From positions 1 through 49,232 of the forward strand of contig JAZQXA010000061.1 in NCBI GenBank assembly GCA_045632605.1: a stretch of DNA of 49,232 nt, given 5' to 3'. The notes beneath the pieces were generated by a model, which had not been told where the DNA came from, did no database searches, and saw only the letters and a program-made list of their open reading frames with translations. Shown here piece by piece: positions 9,241-20,221 of the stretch (position 1 is the stretch's first letter; each line of letters starts with the position of its first letter). This stretch comes from Candidatus Flemingiibacterium sp. (lineage in GTDB: Bacteria > Bacillota > Clostridia > Oscillospirales > CAG-272). The position numbers and the translations under genes were made by a program.

Positions 9241-10395
9241 GTGAATATGATGTTTAATAAAAATATTGTGATTCTCGGTTCAACCGGTTCTGTGGGACAG
9301 CAGACGGTTGATGTTGCACTTGACCTTGGTGTGAGTGTTTCGGTGCTTGGTGCATCCCGGGACTATAAAAAAATGGAGGAGCAGGCAAGACAGTTGAAGC
9401 CGAAGCTCTGTGTTATGGAGGACGAATCGGCGGCGAATGAGCTCAAAAACCGTCTTGCTGATACGGATATCCGTGTTGAGGGTGGACATGCGGCAATGCT
9501 TTCGGCTGCGGCGTATGATGATGCCGACGTTATATTTAATTCCGTTGGCGGAAGTGCCGGACTTGAACCCACAATGGCGGCTTTGAATGCCGGAAAAACT
9601 CTCGCTCTCGCCAACAAGGAAAGCATCGTTATGGCAGGCGATATTGTAATGAATAAAGCTCGCTGCTCAAACTCAAAAATAATTCCCGTGGACAGCGAGC
9701 ATTCTGCTATATTCCAGTGCCTTGAGGGACGTTCGGGAAACGATATCGGCAGGATACTGTTAACTGCTTCAGGCGGTCCGTTTTTTGGTATGACAAAAAC
9801 AGAAATGTCCGAAATTACGCCGGAACGTGCGCTTGCACACCCGACATGGAAGATGGGGCCAAAAATCACTATCGACTCGGCAACGCTTATGAATAAAGGC
9901 TTTGAAGTTATTGAGGCGGTTCATCTTTTTGGTGTAAAGCCCGAACAGGTTGAAGTTGTAATCCACCGCGAAAGTATAATACATTCAATGGTGGAATATA
10001 ATGATAATGCTGTTTTGGCGCAGTTATCACTTCCGGATATGCGCCTTTGCGCACAGTATGCTATGACATACCCGGAGCGTGTTCCCGGCATTATGGGACG
10101 TCTTGATTTAACTAAACTCGGACAGCTTACTTTTTATAAACCTGATTTTGAAAATTTCCCATTGCTTCGACTTGCATACGATTCAATTGCAGAGGGCGGC
10201 GTGATACCTTCAGCACTTGTTGCAGCGGATGAGGTTGCTGTGGAAGCGTTCATGAATAAAAAAATCGGATTTAATTCCATATACGACGTTGTAAGCGAAA
10301 CATTGACACGAATTAAAAATATCGCATCTCCTTCGCTTGAGGATATTTTAAATGCCGCAGATGAAGCAAAAATTATTGCGGCAGAGCTTATTTAA
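9241..10395 (+). CDS. dxr: 1-deoxy-D-xylulose-5-phosphate reductoisomerase
   Basis: LGSTGSVG, LANKES, PVDSEHSAIFQ, HPTWKMGPKITIDSATLMNKG; start could be 9247 or 9250. Confidence 0.98.
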   Translation: MNMMFNKNIVILGSTGSVGQQTVDVALDLGVSVSVLGASRDYKKMEEQARQLKPKLCVMEDESAANELKNRLADTDIRVEGGHAAMLSAAAYDDADVIFNSVGGSAGLEPTMAALNAGKTLALANKESIVMAGDIVMNKARCSNSKIIPVDSEHSAIFQCLEGRSGNDIGRILLTASGGPFFGMTKTEMSEITPERALAHPTWKMGPKITIDSATLMNKGFEVIEAVHLFGVKPEQVEVVIHRESIIHSMVEYNDNAVLAQLSLPDMRLCAQYAMTYPERVPGIMGRLDLTKLGQLTFYKPDFENFPLLRLAYDSIAEGGVIPSALVAADEVAVEAFMNKKIGFNSIYDVVSETLTRIKNIASPSLEDILNAADEAKIIAAELI

Positions 10396-10441
10396 GTTAA
10401 CTGACCTTTCTTAAATATAAATTAATTTTGTGAGGTTATAA

Positions 10442-11473
10442 ATGAACATCTGGCATATTATTCTGACTGTTCTCATGATATCGGTGCTTGCACTTCTTCA
10501 TGAGCTTGGACATTTTATCGCCGCACGCAAATTCGGGGTTACTGTTAACGAATTTGCAATTGGAATGGGGCCGAAAATTTTGTCCAAAAAATCGAAGAAG
10601 ACGGATATCGTATATTCGCTTCGCCTTTTTCCGATTGGCGGCTTTGTTTCGATGGCAGGCGAGGACGGCTACAGTCAGGATGAAAATGCTTTTCACCGTA
10701 AACCCGTTTGGCAGAGGATGATAATTACCGTTGCCGGCTCGTTTATGAATATTCTTACCGGTTTCATTGTTATGGCGATTGTTGTAACCTGTGAGCCGGG
10801 ATTTGGGGGAACAACTGTCAGCGGTTTTGCCGCCGATGCAGTAAGCCGTGAGTACGGACTTATGATTGGTGACGAGATTGTCCGGGTTGACGGTACACGC
10901 GTTCATGTTGCCGACGAACTGTCGTATGAAATTTTGCACAGTGCGATAAAACCGATTGACCTCGTTGTCAGACGCAACGGTGAGCTTATTACACTTAAGG
11001 AAGTGGCTTTTTCCAACATCGAATTTGAGGGGACGACTTTCGGACGCCCCGATTTTACGGTTGAGCCGGAGGCTAAAAACTTTGCAAACGTCGTAAAACA
11101 GACATTTTTTCGTTCAATCTCAACGGTAAAAATGATTTGGGAATCGCTCATTGACCTGATTACCGGACGGTATGGACTTGGTGCGGTTTCCGGTCCCGTT
11201 GGTGTTGCCGAGGTTGTAAGTGATGCTGCCAAGCAGGGAGTTTCAAGCTTCCTTAATATCGCAGTTATGCTTGCGATGAATCTGGGAGTATTCAATCTTC
11301 TTCCGCTTCCGGCACTCGACGGCGGACGTTTCCTTTTCCAAATTGTTGAGTTTATCAGACGCAAACCTCTTAATCCCGATATTGAGGGATATGTCCACTT
11401 TGCCGGTATTGTGCTCCTTATGCTCCTTATGGTGGCTGTTACGTTTAAGGATATTTTCAAGCTGTTCGGATAA
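10442..11473 (+). CDS. rseP: RIP metalloprotease RseP/RasP (M50, PDZ)
   Basis: HELGH, GGFVSMAGE, NLLPLPALDGG. Confidence 0.95.
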   Translation: MNIWHIILTVLMISVLALLHELGHFIAARKFGVTVNEFAIGMGPKILSKKSKKTDIVYSLRLFPIGGFVSMAGEDGYSQDENAFHRKPVWQRMIITVAGSFMNILTGFIVMAIVVTCEPGFGGTTVSGFAADAVSREYGLMIGDEIVRVDGTRVHVADELSYEILHSAIKPIDLVVRRNGELITLKEVAFSNIEFEGTTFGRPDFTVEPEAKNFANVVKQTFFRSISTVKMIWESLIDLITGRYGLGAVSGPVGVAEVVSDAAKQGVSSFLNIAVMLAMNLGVFNLLPLPALDGGRFLFQIVEFIRRKPLNPDIEGYVHFAGIVLLMLLMVAVTFKDIFKLFG

Positions 11474-11491
11474 AAAATTGTGAGGAAAGCT

Positions 11492-12562
11492 ATGGCTATA
11501 AATAATAAGACAACAAAAGCGGTGTCTGTTGGGAATCTTAAAATCGGAGGCGGTGCGCCGATCAGCGTACAGTCGATGCTCTCTGTTGATTCACACGACT
11601 ATGATGCAGTTTATAAACAGACAAAGGCACTATCCGAGGCCGGATGTGATATTGTACGTCTTGCTGTGCCTGATATTGATGCTGTCGAAAGTATTCGCAA
11701 GCTGAAAAAATCGGATATCACTCTGCCAATAGTCGCCGATATTCATTTCGACTATAAAATTGCGCTTGCTTCTTGCGATGCCGGTGTTGATAAGATACGC
11801 ATAAACCCCGGAAACATCGGCTCACGTGAGCGTGTCAAAGAGGTGGTTGCGGCTTGCCGTGACGGTGGAATTCCGATTCGAATCGGTGTTAACGGCGGCT
11901 CACTCAAAAAAGAAATTCTCGAAAAATACGGTGCTCCCACCGCAGAGGCGTTAGCCGAAAGCGCAATGGAGCACGTTCATATACTCGAAGACTTAAACTT
12001 TGACGATATAGTAATATCAATAAAATCGTCCGATGTCAGAACCATGATTGCTGCTAACAGACTGCTTCATGAAATGCGTGATTATCCGCTTCACATCGGT
12101 GTCACCGAGGCAGGTTCGGCGCATATTGGAACGATAAAATCCGCCGTCGGAATCGGTTCGCTCCTCTGCGACGGGATTGGTGATACTATCAGGGTTTCGC
12201 TTACGGCTGATCCCTTGCTCGAAGTTAAAGAGGGAAAAGCGCTTCTCGGTGCTCTTGGACTTGGCGGGGGAAGTCTTATTGATCTTGTTTCATGCCCGAC
12301 CTGCGGACGCACCAAAATTGCGCTTATTGACCTTGTTACACGTTTTGAAGAAGAATATTTACCTCAGCTTCATCCGTCGCGCCGCATTAAAGTTGCAATA
12401 ATGGGGTGCGCAGTAAACGGTCCCGGAGAGGCTCGTGAGGCAGACATCGGCTGTGCCGGCGGAATTGGTGAGGCGCTTCTTTTTAAAAAAGGCGAAATAG
12501 TCGGAAAATATCCCGAGGACGAGATTCTCGATGTCCTCCGCGATGAAATAAATATGATGTGA
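11492..12562 (+). CDS. ispG: HMBPP synthase (flavodoxin-dependent)
   Basis: PISVQSM, ADIHF, RINPGN, CPTCGR, MGCAVNGPGE; ATG 11492 after GAGG. Confidence 0.98.
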   Translation: MAINNKTTKAVSVGNLKIGGGAPISVQSMLSVDSHDYDAVYKQTKALSEAGCDIVRLAVPDIDAVESIRKLKKSDITLPIVADIHFDYKIALASCDAGVDKIRINPGNIGSRERVKEVVAACRDGGIPIRIGVNGGSLKKEILEKYGAPTAEALAESAMEHVHILEDLNFDDIVISIKSSDVRTMIAANRLLHEMRDYPLHIGVTEAGSAHIGTIKSAVGIGSLLCDGIGDTIRVSLTADPLLEVKEGKALLGALGLGGGSLIDLVSCPTCGRTKIALIDLVTRFEEEYLPQLHPSRRIKVAIMGCAVNGPGEAREADIGCAGGIGEALLFKKGEIVGKYPEDEILDVLRDEINMM

Positions 12563-12590
12563 TATTAACCATATATAACGGTGATACTTT

Positions 12591-15500
12591 ATGAATAAAT
12601 TCGACAAAATATTTTCTAAATATACACAAACCGCCGCAGAACGGGAATTTCTCGACCTTGTGGGGGAGGTTTCGTCGCGCTTTGACAGAGAACTGCGTGT
12701 TGTCGAAGTTACCGCCGAATTTCCGAAGATAATCGAAAAGGACAAGCTTTATTCGCTGGAAGAAAATATCCGTGAGGCGTATGAGCTGTCTGTTGTTCGT
12801 ATTTTGCCGAAATATTCCAAAGAGCTTTGGACGCCGTCATATCTGCCTGAGGTTATGCTTGAGCTTAACCGAATCGGTGCAGTTTCGCGCGGATTTTTTA
12901 ATGAATACGATTTTTCTGTCAGCGAAAACAAAATTACAATAAAAGTTTCGTTCAACAACGGAGGAATTGAGCTTCTTTACTGTGCGAAAACCAATGAAAT
13001 AATATCAGGAATAATTTTCGGTGAGTTTGGAATTCGTTTCGAGGTTGAACTCTCGCAGGAGAATGGATATGTCGATTCGATGCCGATGATAAGCGAGCAG
13101 ATTTCTGAAATGGAGAAAATTGCCCGTGCACAGTATCAGGCGGCGGAGAGTGAAGCGTCACGAAATGTTAATGATGCACCACCGCCCGAAGATGATAAAT
13201 TTAAGGATTTTGAGCATATTTCAACTCTGCACACAGGAGATGTCTCATATAAAACAGACGGCGATATATTCCATGTCGGCGGAAAGATTTTCGATGCTTC
13301 CTCGCCGGAATACATAATCGGTGAACCGTTTGATATAACCGATCCGGTGCCGATACGAAATATTACCGGCCCAATGAAAAATATTGTCGTTCTCGGTGAA
13401 ACATTCGGCTTTGAAACGAAGGAAACTCGCAAGGGTGACAGACTTATTCTCAATTTCGCTATAACAGATAAGGATTCTTCAATCTACATTAAAATGGCAC
13501 AGCCCAAAGAGGCACTTGAGCCGTACCTGACTAATATTAAGGACGGCATGACAATTGCGATAAAGGGATATGCGAAGATTGATACCTTCGACAACGAAGC
13601 TATAATTGTGCCTACAGCTGTTGCTAAAATTTCACAGCAGTATCGTATGGATAATGCCGAGGAAAAGCGTGTTGAGCTCCACTGTCACACACAGATGTCG
13701 TCGATGGACGCGATAATCGCGCCGGGCGACCTCGTTAAGCTTGCTCACAAATGGGGACACAAGGCTGTTGCGATAACCGACCACGGCAATGTACAGGCAT
13801 ATCCTCTTGCAATGCTTGCAGCGGAAAAGCTCGGCATGAAGGTCATTTACGGAATAGAAAACTATTTTGTTGATGACACTGCGCGTGTGCTTTTCGGTGA
13901 TTCACTTGATGAATATATGCAGACCGATTTTGATGGGGAATACTGCGTATTCGATATTGAAACGACTGGACTTTCGGCACAGAGCTGTCATATCACAGAA
14001 ATCGGTGCTGTTCTCGTAAAGGGCGGAGAGGTTATCGACCGCTTTAACACATTTTCAAATCCCGGGGAGCATATCCCCGAAAATATAACCGAGCTTACCG
14101 GAATAACTGATGAAATGGTCGCCGATGCGCCTGATAATGAAGCAGCTGTACGTGCATTTCTTGAATTCGCAGGAACACGCATACTTGTTGCTCACAATGC
14201 TTCGTTTGACGTTTCGTTTATACGAAAGGTTGCGGAGGACTACAAGATTGAATTTCCTAATCCATATATGGATACGGTTGCGATGTCTCGTTATGTTAAT
14301 CCTGACCTCAACAAGCATAAGCTCGATATACTCGCAAAGTATTTTAATCTTGGCGAATTCAATCATCACCGTGCCTGCGACGATGCCGAGGTGTTGGCGA
14401 AAATTTTAGCTTGTCTGTTCAAAAAACTACGTGATGAGGGTGCATCAAATCTCCGTGAAATGCAGCAGCTTATGAGTGAGCGTTCCGATCCGCTGAAGCT
14501 TCGCCCATATCACCAGATTCTTCTCGTCAAAAATAAGGTCGGACTCAAGAATCTTTACCGAATTATTTCGGAGAGCTATTTAAATTATTACAGACGTAAT
14601 CCCCGTACGCCCAAAACGCTTATCGAATCGCACAGAGAGGGACTAATAATCGGTTCTGCCTGCGAAGCCGGAGAGCTTTATCAGGCGATTCTGATGAATA
14701 AATCAGAGAGAGAAATCGAGGATATTGCGAGCTTTTACGATTATCTTGAAATACAGCCGCTTTGCAATAACCGATTCATGATAGAAAAGGGCGATGTTAA
14801 AAGCGAGGATGACCTCAAAAACATAAACAGACGAATTTACGAGCTTGGCAAAAAGCTCGGCAAGCCGGTCTGCGCGACCTGTGATGCACATTTTGCCGAA
14901 AAGGACGACGAGATAACCAGAAAGATTCTTCTTGCCGGACAGAAATTTTCTGATGCTGACCGCGATACGGGAATTTATTTCCGTACCACAGAAGAAATGC
15001 TTGCCGAATTTGATTATCTTGGAGAAGAAGCGGCGCGTGAGGTGGTTATAACCAATACCAATCTTATTGCTGATATGATTGAAAATGTCCGTCCGATCCC
15101 AGAGGGAACTTTTACACCAAATCTTGAGGGCGCAGAAGAAGAGCTTCAGCAACGCTGCTGGGACAGAGCAAAACAGCTTTACGGTGACCCCGTTCCCGAA
15201 ATTGTTTCCGCGCGACTTGAAAAAGAGCTTACCTCGATTATAAAACACGGTTTTGCGGTGCTTTATATGATTGCCCAGAAGCTCGTTGCATACAGTGAGG
15301 AGCAGGGGTATCTTGTCGGTTCGCGAGGCTCGGTCGGTTCATCGTTTGTTGCATCAATGTCGGGTATATCGGAGGTTAATCCGCTTCCGCCGCATTATTA
15401 CTGCACAAACTGTAAATATTCAGAGTTCATCACAGACGGTTCTGTCGGCTCGGGATTTGACTTACCCGATAAGGTGTGCCCGAACTGCGGAACAAAGCTT

Positions 15501-16985
15501 ACCGGTGACGGTCATGACATTCCTTTTGAAACCTTCCTCGGCTTCTACGGCGACAAATCTCCTGATATTGACCTCAACTTTTCGGGAGAAGTTCAAGGAC
15601 GAGTACATAAATATACCGAGCAACTTTTCGGCTCGGAAAACGTGTTCCGTGCTGGTACGCTCGGCACTCTTGCCGCAAAGACTGCTTATGGCTATGTCGT
15701 AAAATATCTCGAAGAACACAAGAAAAAGCTCAATAAGGCGGAAATCGACCGACTTGTTAATACAGCGGTTGGCATTAAGCGTACTACCGGTCAGCATCCG
15801 GGCGGAATCATAGTTGTGCCCCGTGAATATGATGTTTATGACTTTACACCTGTTCAACATCCGGCGGATGACCCTAATTCCGATATCGTAACTACACACT
15901 TTGCGTTTGCGTATCTCCACGATACGATACTCAAGCTCGATGAGCTTGGACACGATATGCCGACGAAGTATAAGTGGCTCGAAAAGTACACTAATACTTC
16001 GGTAATGGACGTTAAAATGAATGACAAGGCGGTATACCGTCTTTTCGAGGGAACAGAGCCTCTTGGAATTACACCGGATGATATCGGCTGTCCGCTCGGC
16101 ACGCTGGGACTTCCTGAAATGGGTACACGCTTTATTCAGTCGGTTCTAGTCGATGCGAAGCCTAAAAATTTTGCCGACCTCTTGCAGATTTCGGGTCTTA
16201 CCCACGGTACAGACGTGTGGCTCGGAAATGCACAAGACCTTATCAAGGACGGAATCTGCGATATTTCGCAGGTTATAGGAACACGTGACGGTATTATGCT
16301 TGTTCTGATTCAGCAGTATAATATCGAAAATGCGACTGCGTTCAAGATAATGGAGGATGTTCGAAAGGGTAAGGGACTTAAGCCCGAATACGAGGCGACA
16401 ATGCGAGAGCACGGAGTTCCCGATTGGTATATCGCGTCCTGCAAAAAAATAAAGTATATGTTCCCGAAAGCGCACGCGGCGGCATATGTTATGTCGGCGA
16501 TACGACTCGGCTGGTATAAGATATACTATCCGCTTGAATTTTATGCGGCGTTTCTCACTGTTGCTCCAAAAGGCTTCGATGCGGAGATTGCCATGAGCGG
16601 ACGAGCCGGAATTAAGGCGGTCATGGAGGAAATCCGTAAAAAGGGAACTGAAGCGACACAGAAGGAAAAAGAAATCGTCGATACGTTCCAGATGGTAACC
16701 GAAATGTATGCCAGAGGTTTTAAATTTCTTCCTGTTGACCTTTTCAAATCGGAAGCGTTTGCATTCAAGCCGGAGGACGGAAAAATCCGTATGCCTTTTA
16801 CAGCCCTCGGCGGTCTCGGCGAAAGTGCGGCACTCAAGATTGTTGAAGTGAGGGATGGGGAAAATCTTCTTTCAATCGAGGAGCTTCAGATGAAAGCCGG
16901 ACTCTCGAAAGCGGTCATTGACCTGCTTCGTAAAAACGGCGCTTTTGGCTCGCTTACCGAAACCAATCAGCTCTCATTCTTCTAA
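12591..16985 (+). CDS. polC: DNA polymerase III alpha subunit, PolC type
   Basis: 1464 aa; PHP ELHCHT, exonuclease FDIETTG, SRGSVGSS, PDIDLNF, RTTGQHPGG, YMFPKAHA. Confidence 0.99.
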   Translation: MNKFDKIFSKYTQTAAEREFLDLVGEVSSRFDRELRVVEVTAEFPKIIEKDKLYSLEENIREAYELSVVRILPKYSKELWTPSYLPEVMLELNRIGAVSRGFFNEYDFSVSENKITIKVSFNNGGIELLYCAKTNEIISGIIFGEFGIRFEVELSQENGYVDSMPMISEQISEMEKIARAQYQAAESEASRNVNDAPPPEDDKFKDFEHISTLHTGDVSYKTDGDIFHVGGKIFDASSPEYIIGEPFDITDPVPIRNITGPMKNIVVLGETFGFETKETRKGDRLILNFAITDKDSSIYIKMAQPKEALEPYLTNIKDGMTIAIKGYAKIDTFDNEAIIVPTAVAKISQQYRMDNAEEKRVELHCHTQMSSMDAIIAPGDLVKLAHKWGHKAVAITDHGNVQAYPLAMLAAEKLGMKVIYGIENYFVDDTARVLFGDSLDEYMQTDFDGEYCVFDIETTGLSAQSCHITEIGAVLVKGGEVIDRFNTFSNPGEHIPENITELTGITDEMVADAPDNEAAVRAFLEFAGTRILVAHNASFDVSFIRKVAEDYKIEFPNPYMDTVAMSRYVNPDLNKHKLDILAKYFNLGEFNHHRACDDAEVLAKILACLFKKLRDEGASNLREMQQLMSERSDPLKLRPYHQILLVKNKVGLKNLYRIISESYLNYYRRNPRTPKTLIESHREGLIIGSACEAGELYQAILMNKSEREIEDIASFYDYLEIQPLCNNRFMIEKGDVKSEDDLKNINRRIYELGKKLGKPVCATCDAHFAEKDDEITRKILLAGQKFSDADRDTGIYFRTTEEMLAEFDYLGEEAAREVVITNTNLIADMIENVRPIPEGTFTPNLEGAEEELQQRCWDRAKQLYGDPVPEIVSARLEKELTSIIKHGFAVLYMIAQKLVAYSEEQGYLVGSRGSVGSSFVASMSGISEVNPLPPHYYCTNCKYSEFITDGSVGSGFDLPDKVCPNCGTKLTGDGHDIPFETFLGFYGDKSPDIDLNFSGEVQGRVHKYTEQLFGSENVFRAGTLGTLAAKTAYGYVVKYLEEHKKKLNKAEIDRLVNTAVGIKRTTGQHPGGIIVVPREYDVYDFTPVQHPADDPNSDIVTTHFAFAYLHDTILKLDELGHDMPTKYKWLEKYTNTSVMDVKMNDKAVYRLFEGTEPLGITPDDIGCPLGTLGLPEMGTRFIQSVLVDAKPKNFADLLQISGLTHGTDVWLGNAQDLIKDGICDISQVIGTRDGIMLVLIQQYNIENATAFKIMEDVRKGKGLKPEYEATMREHGVPDWYIASCKKIKYMFPKAHAAAYVMSAIRLGWYKIYYPLEFYAAFLTVAPKGFDAEIAMSGRAGIKAVMEEIRKKGTEATQKEKEIVDTFQMVTEMYARGFKFLPVDLFKSEAFAFKPEDGKIRMPFTALGGLGESAALKIVEVRDGENLLSIEELQMKAGLSKAVIDLLRKNGAFGSLTETNQLSFF

Positions 16986-17034
16986 TCAACTAAAATCTTT
17001 CAGGCGGTGACAGTTTAATCGTAAATTTTGACGA

Positions 17035-17063
17035 TTGACAATTCGCCTTTAGTATGATATCAT
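17035..17063 (+). promoter_or_regulatory. sigma-A promoter of the his operon
   Basis: TTGACA-17 nt-TATCAT with extended TG. Confidence 0.75.
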
Positions 17064-17080
17064 ATTACTATGCTAAAGTA
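17045..17080. promoter_or_regulatory. Putative HisR (TrpR/YerC family) operators
   Basis: CATATTA-CTATGC-TAAAGTA (17061-17080) and GCCTTTA-GTATGA-TATCATA (17045-17064) resemble YACTTTA-N6-TAAAGTR and overlap -10/+1. Confidence 0.55.
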
Positions 17081-17121
17081 AATGGCAATTATAAGTAATA
17101 ATTAACGAAGGAAAAATAACC

Positions 17122-18303
17122 ATGCAGAAGCAAAATATGACTGTTCCGGAAGGAACACGCGACTTACTATACAGAGAAGCAGAGCTTTATGATTCTATTT
17201 CGATGAATTTTGAGAGCGTTTATGCAAAGATGGGCTTTTCTCGAATATGCACTCCTGCTGTCGAGAACTATGACCTTTTTACAGCTGTAAACCGCTCACT
17301 TAATCAGGAGAATATTTACAAGCTGACCGACAATACCGGCAGACTTCTCGCAATTCGCCCTGATAATACGACACCGATTGCACGTGTTGTTGCGACAAAG
17401 CTCAAAAATGCACCGCTTCCGCAGAAGCTCTGCTATAATCAGCACATTTACCGTGTCAATAGTGAAAACTCCGGTATGCGTAATGAGATTCTTCAGAGCG
17501 GAATTGAACTTGTCGGTGCCTCTGGAATCAAGAGCGATATCCTTTGCATAACTACAGCACTTGATGCGCTTAAAACTATCGGGCTCAACTTTAAGCTTGA
17601 AATCGGTCACGTCGGATATTTCAATGCACTCATTTCCGAAATGTCACTTTCCGAGGACGAGGTTATGGATGTCCGTACCTTTGTTGAGGCGAAGAATTTC
17701 GTTTCGCTCAATATGTTCGACAAGAACCTTAATAATGATGTTATCCGCAAGCTGCCGCTCCTTTACGGTAACGAAGAAGTTTTTGCCGAAGCAGAAGCTC
17801 TTGCAGGCAGCAACAAAGAGGCGATAGCCGCGCTCAATTATGTTAAAGAGCTTTATTCGGCTCTTTGCGGCGCAGGATACGGCGATTATATCATGGTTGA
17901 TATGAGCATGGTGCATAAATTTGATTACTACACCGGAGCCGTTATCCGCGGTTACATTGACCACGCAGGTGAGCCGGTTCTTAAAGGCGGCCGCTACGAC
18001 AAGCTGCTCGAAAAGTTTGATTATGATGTTCCGGCGACCGGCTTTGCGATTAACGTATGCGCCGTTGCCGATGCGCTTATCAAATCGGGCAAGCTCCCCG
18101 AAGAAAAACGCTCCGATGCGGTGGTTTTCTACACAGTTGATTCACTTTGCGAAGCGATAAAGCTGATAAACAGCTATTCGGAACGCGGACTTGTTTGCGA
18201 GCTTTCATCCTTTGAAACCATTGATGAAACAAAGGCGTATGCAAATGCTATGAACATCGCTGAGGTTATTGACCTCACCGCAGGAAAGGTCGGTGACAAA
18301 TAA
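17122..18303 (+). CDS. hisZ: ATP phosphoribosyltransferase regulatory subunit
   Basis: HisRS-like PEGTRD, RPDNTTPIAR, QSGIELVG, YYTG, GGRYD; precedes short hisG. Confidence 0.95.
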   Translation: MQKQNMTVPEGTRDLLYREAELYDSISMNFESVYAKMGFSRICTPAVENYDLFTAVNRSLNQENIYKLTDNTGRLLAIRPDNTTPIARVVATKLKNAPLPQKLCYNQHIYRVNSENSGMRNEILQSGIELVGASGIKSDILCITTALDALKTIGLNFKLEIGHVGYFNALISEMSLSEDEVMDVRTFVEAKNFVSLNMFDKNLNNDVIRKLPLLYGNEEVFAEAEALAGSNKEAIAALNYVKELYSALCGAGYGDYIMVDMSMVHKFDYYTGAVIRGYIDHAGEPVLKGGRYDKLLEKFDYDVPATGFAINVCAVADALIKSGKLPEEKRSDAVVFYTVDSLCEAIKLINSYSERGLVCELSSFETIDETKAYANAMNIAEVIDLTAGKVGDK

Positions 18304-18929
18304 TGATTCGCATCGCACTCACAAAGGGCCGCATTGAAAAAAAGGCGGTTGAAATTTTAAAGCGTGCCGGATATGACTGCTCCGAGCTTGAAGAAAAGGG
18401 AAGAAAGCTTGTTTTTAAGCTTGGAAACGATGATATCGAAGTCGTTCTCGCAAAGGCGGCGGACGTTATAACCTATATCGAACATGGCGTTTGCGATGTG
18501 GGAATCGTTGGCGAGGATACTATTATGGAACACGGAAAATGGTTTCATGAGCTGCTCGACCTCAATTTCGGTAAATGCAAATTCGCACTTGCCGGAATCA
18601 GGGGCAAGGATTTTTATGAGGGATATACACACAAGGTTATCGCTTCGAAATATCCGAATGTGACGAAGAATTATTTTAATTCCAAGGGCATTGACGTTGA
18701 AATAGTAAAGATTGAAGGCTCGGTTGAGCTTGCACCGATACTTAATCTTGCGGATGCTATAGTTGATATCGTTGAAACCGGCTCGACCCTCAGAGAAAAC
18801 GGACTTGAAGTTTACGAAGATGTGGCGTACATTTCGACGCGACTCATTGTAAACACAGCGGCGATAAAGCTAAAGAAGCGTGAAATTGACGAATTTACAA
18901 GCCGAATTGCTGCTCAAATCGAAGAATAA
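18303..18929 (+). CDS. hisG: ATP phosphoribosyltransferase (short form)
   Basis: IALTKGR, ASKYP, GSVELAP, IVDIVETGSTL; 208 aa. Confidence 0.97.
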   Translation: MIRIALTKGRIEKKAVEILKRAGYDCSELEEKGRKLVFKLGNDDIEVVLAKAADVITYIEHGVCDVGIVGEDTIMEHGKWFHELLDLNFGKCKFALAGIRGKDFYEGYTHKVIASKYPNVTKNYFNSKGIDVEIVKIEGSVELAPILNLADAIVDIVETGSTLRENGLEVYEDVAYISTRLIVNTAAIKLKKREIDEFTSRIAAQIEE

Positions 18930-18942
18930 AGGATATAAACTA

Positions 18943-20214
18943 ATGAAAATATATGAAAAGGCTCAAACTTATGAGCTCTTAAAAGCACTCGCAGACCGTG
19001 CCGAGAATATTTCACCCGAAATAATGAATACGGTGTCCGAGGTTATCTCGAACGTAAGAAAAAACGGGGATGCGGCTCTTCGTGAATATACTGAAAAATT
19101 CGACAAGGTAAGTCTTGATTCGTTCTATCTTTCCGAAGCGGAAAAGGAAGCGCTTATCGCAAAAGTGCCGGACGAATTAAAGTCTGCAATTGACGAGGCT
19201 GCCGAAAATATTTATGCTTTTCATGAAAAACAGAAGCAGAACTCATGGATGACCAACAGCGACGGCAAAATAATGGGACAGCTTGTTCGACCTCTCGAAA
19301 AGGTTGGACTTTATGTTCCGGGCGGTACTGCGGCTTATCCGTCGAGCGTACTGATGAATGCTATTCCGGCAAAGGTTGCAGGTGTTGAAAAAATCGTAAT
19401 CGTTACACCGCCTAAAAAAGAGGGAATCAATCCGGCTGTCGTCTATGCGGCAAAGGTTGCAGGAATCACTGATATTATTCAGGTTGGCGGTGCACAGGCA
19501 GTTGCCGCACTAGCTTACGGCACAGAATCTGTGCCGAGAGTTGACAAAATTGTCGGTCCAGGTAATATCTTTGTTGCAATGGCAAAGAAGCTCGTTTTCG
19601 GTGCGGTTGACATCGACATGATTGCCGGCCCGAGTGAAGTTCTTGTTATCGCGGATGAGCGCGCAAATCCTGCTTATGTTGCGGCTGACCTCATGAGTCA
19701 GGCAGAGCATGACCCGATGGCGGCGGCTATACTTATAACGACCTCAAAGAAGCTTGCTGACGAGGTTGTAAATCAAATTGAGCTTCAGAAAAAGGAGCTT
19801 TCACGTTCTGATATAATCGACCGTTCACTTTCGGCTTACGGTTCGATTATCATAGTAGATACATTAAAGGAAGCAGTTGAGCTTTCAAATACGATTGCGC
19901 CGGAGCATCTTGAGCTTTCGGTTGAGAATCCGTTTGAGCTGCTGTCACTTGTCAAAAATGCAGGTTCGATTTTCCTCGGTGACAACGCACCCGAACCTCT
20001 CGGTGACTATTTTGCAGGCCCGAATCACGTTCTTCCGACAAACGGTACCGCGAGATTTTCCTCGGCGCTCGGCGTTGACAGCTTTATCAAAAAATCGAGC
20101 TACCTCTACTATAACGAGGATGCGCTTAAAGCTATTGGCGAGAAGGTTGTTACCTTTGCAAATGCCGAGGGACTTTCCGCTCATGCAAATTCTATTATTC
20201 AGAGATTAAAGTGA
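18943..20214 (+). CDS. hisD: Histidinol dehydrogenase
   Basis: [41 protein letters not shown]; start ATG 18943. Confidence 0.98.
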   Translation: MKIYEKAQTYELLKALADRAENISPEIMNTVSEVISNVRKNGDAALREYTEKFDKVSLDSFYLSEAEKEALIAKVPDELKSAIDEAAENIYAFHEKQKQNSWMTNSDGKIMGQLVRPLEKVGLYVPGGTAAYPSSVLMNAIPAKVAGVEKIVIVTPPKKEGINPAVVYAAKVAGITDIIQVGGAQAVAALAYGTESVPRVDKIVGPGNIFVAMAKKLVFGAVDIDMIAGPSEVLVIADERANPAYVAADLMSQAEHDPMAAAILITTSKKLADEVVNQIELQKKELSRSDIIDRSLSAYGSIIIVDTLKEAVELSNTIAPEHLELSVENPFELLSLVKNAGSIFLGDNAPEPLGDYFAGPNHVLPTNGTARFSSALGVDSFIKKSSYLYYNEDALKAIGEKVVTFANAEGLSAHANSIIQRLK

Positions 20215-20221
20215 GGTATTT

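Noticed and set aside
12591-16985. Intein or intron in polC
   Set aside because: Length and domain order are normal for PolC; no splicing motifs seen
16986-17121. T-box or His leader-peptide attenuator
   Set aside because: Leader too short; no T-box motif, terminator or His-codon run
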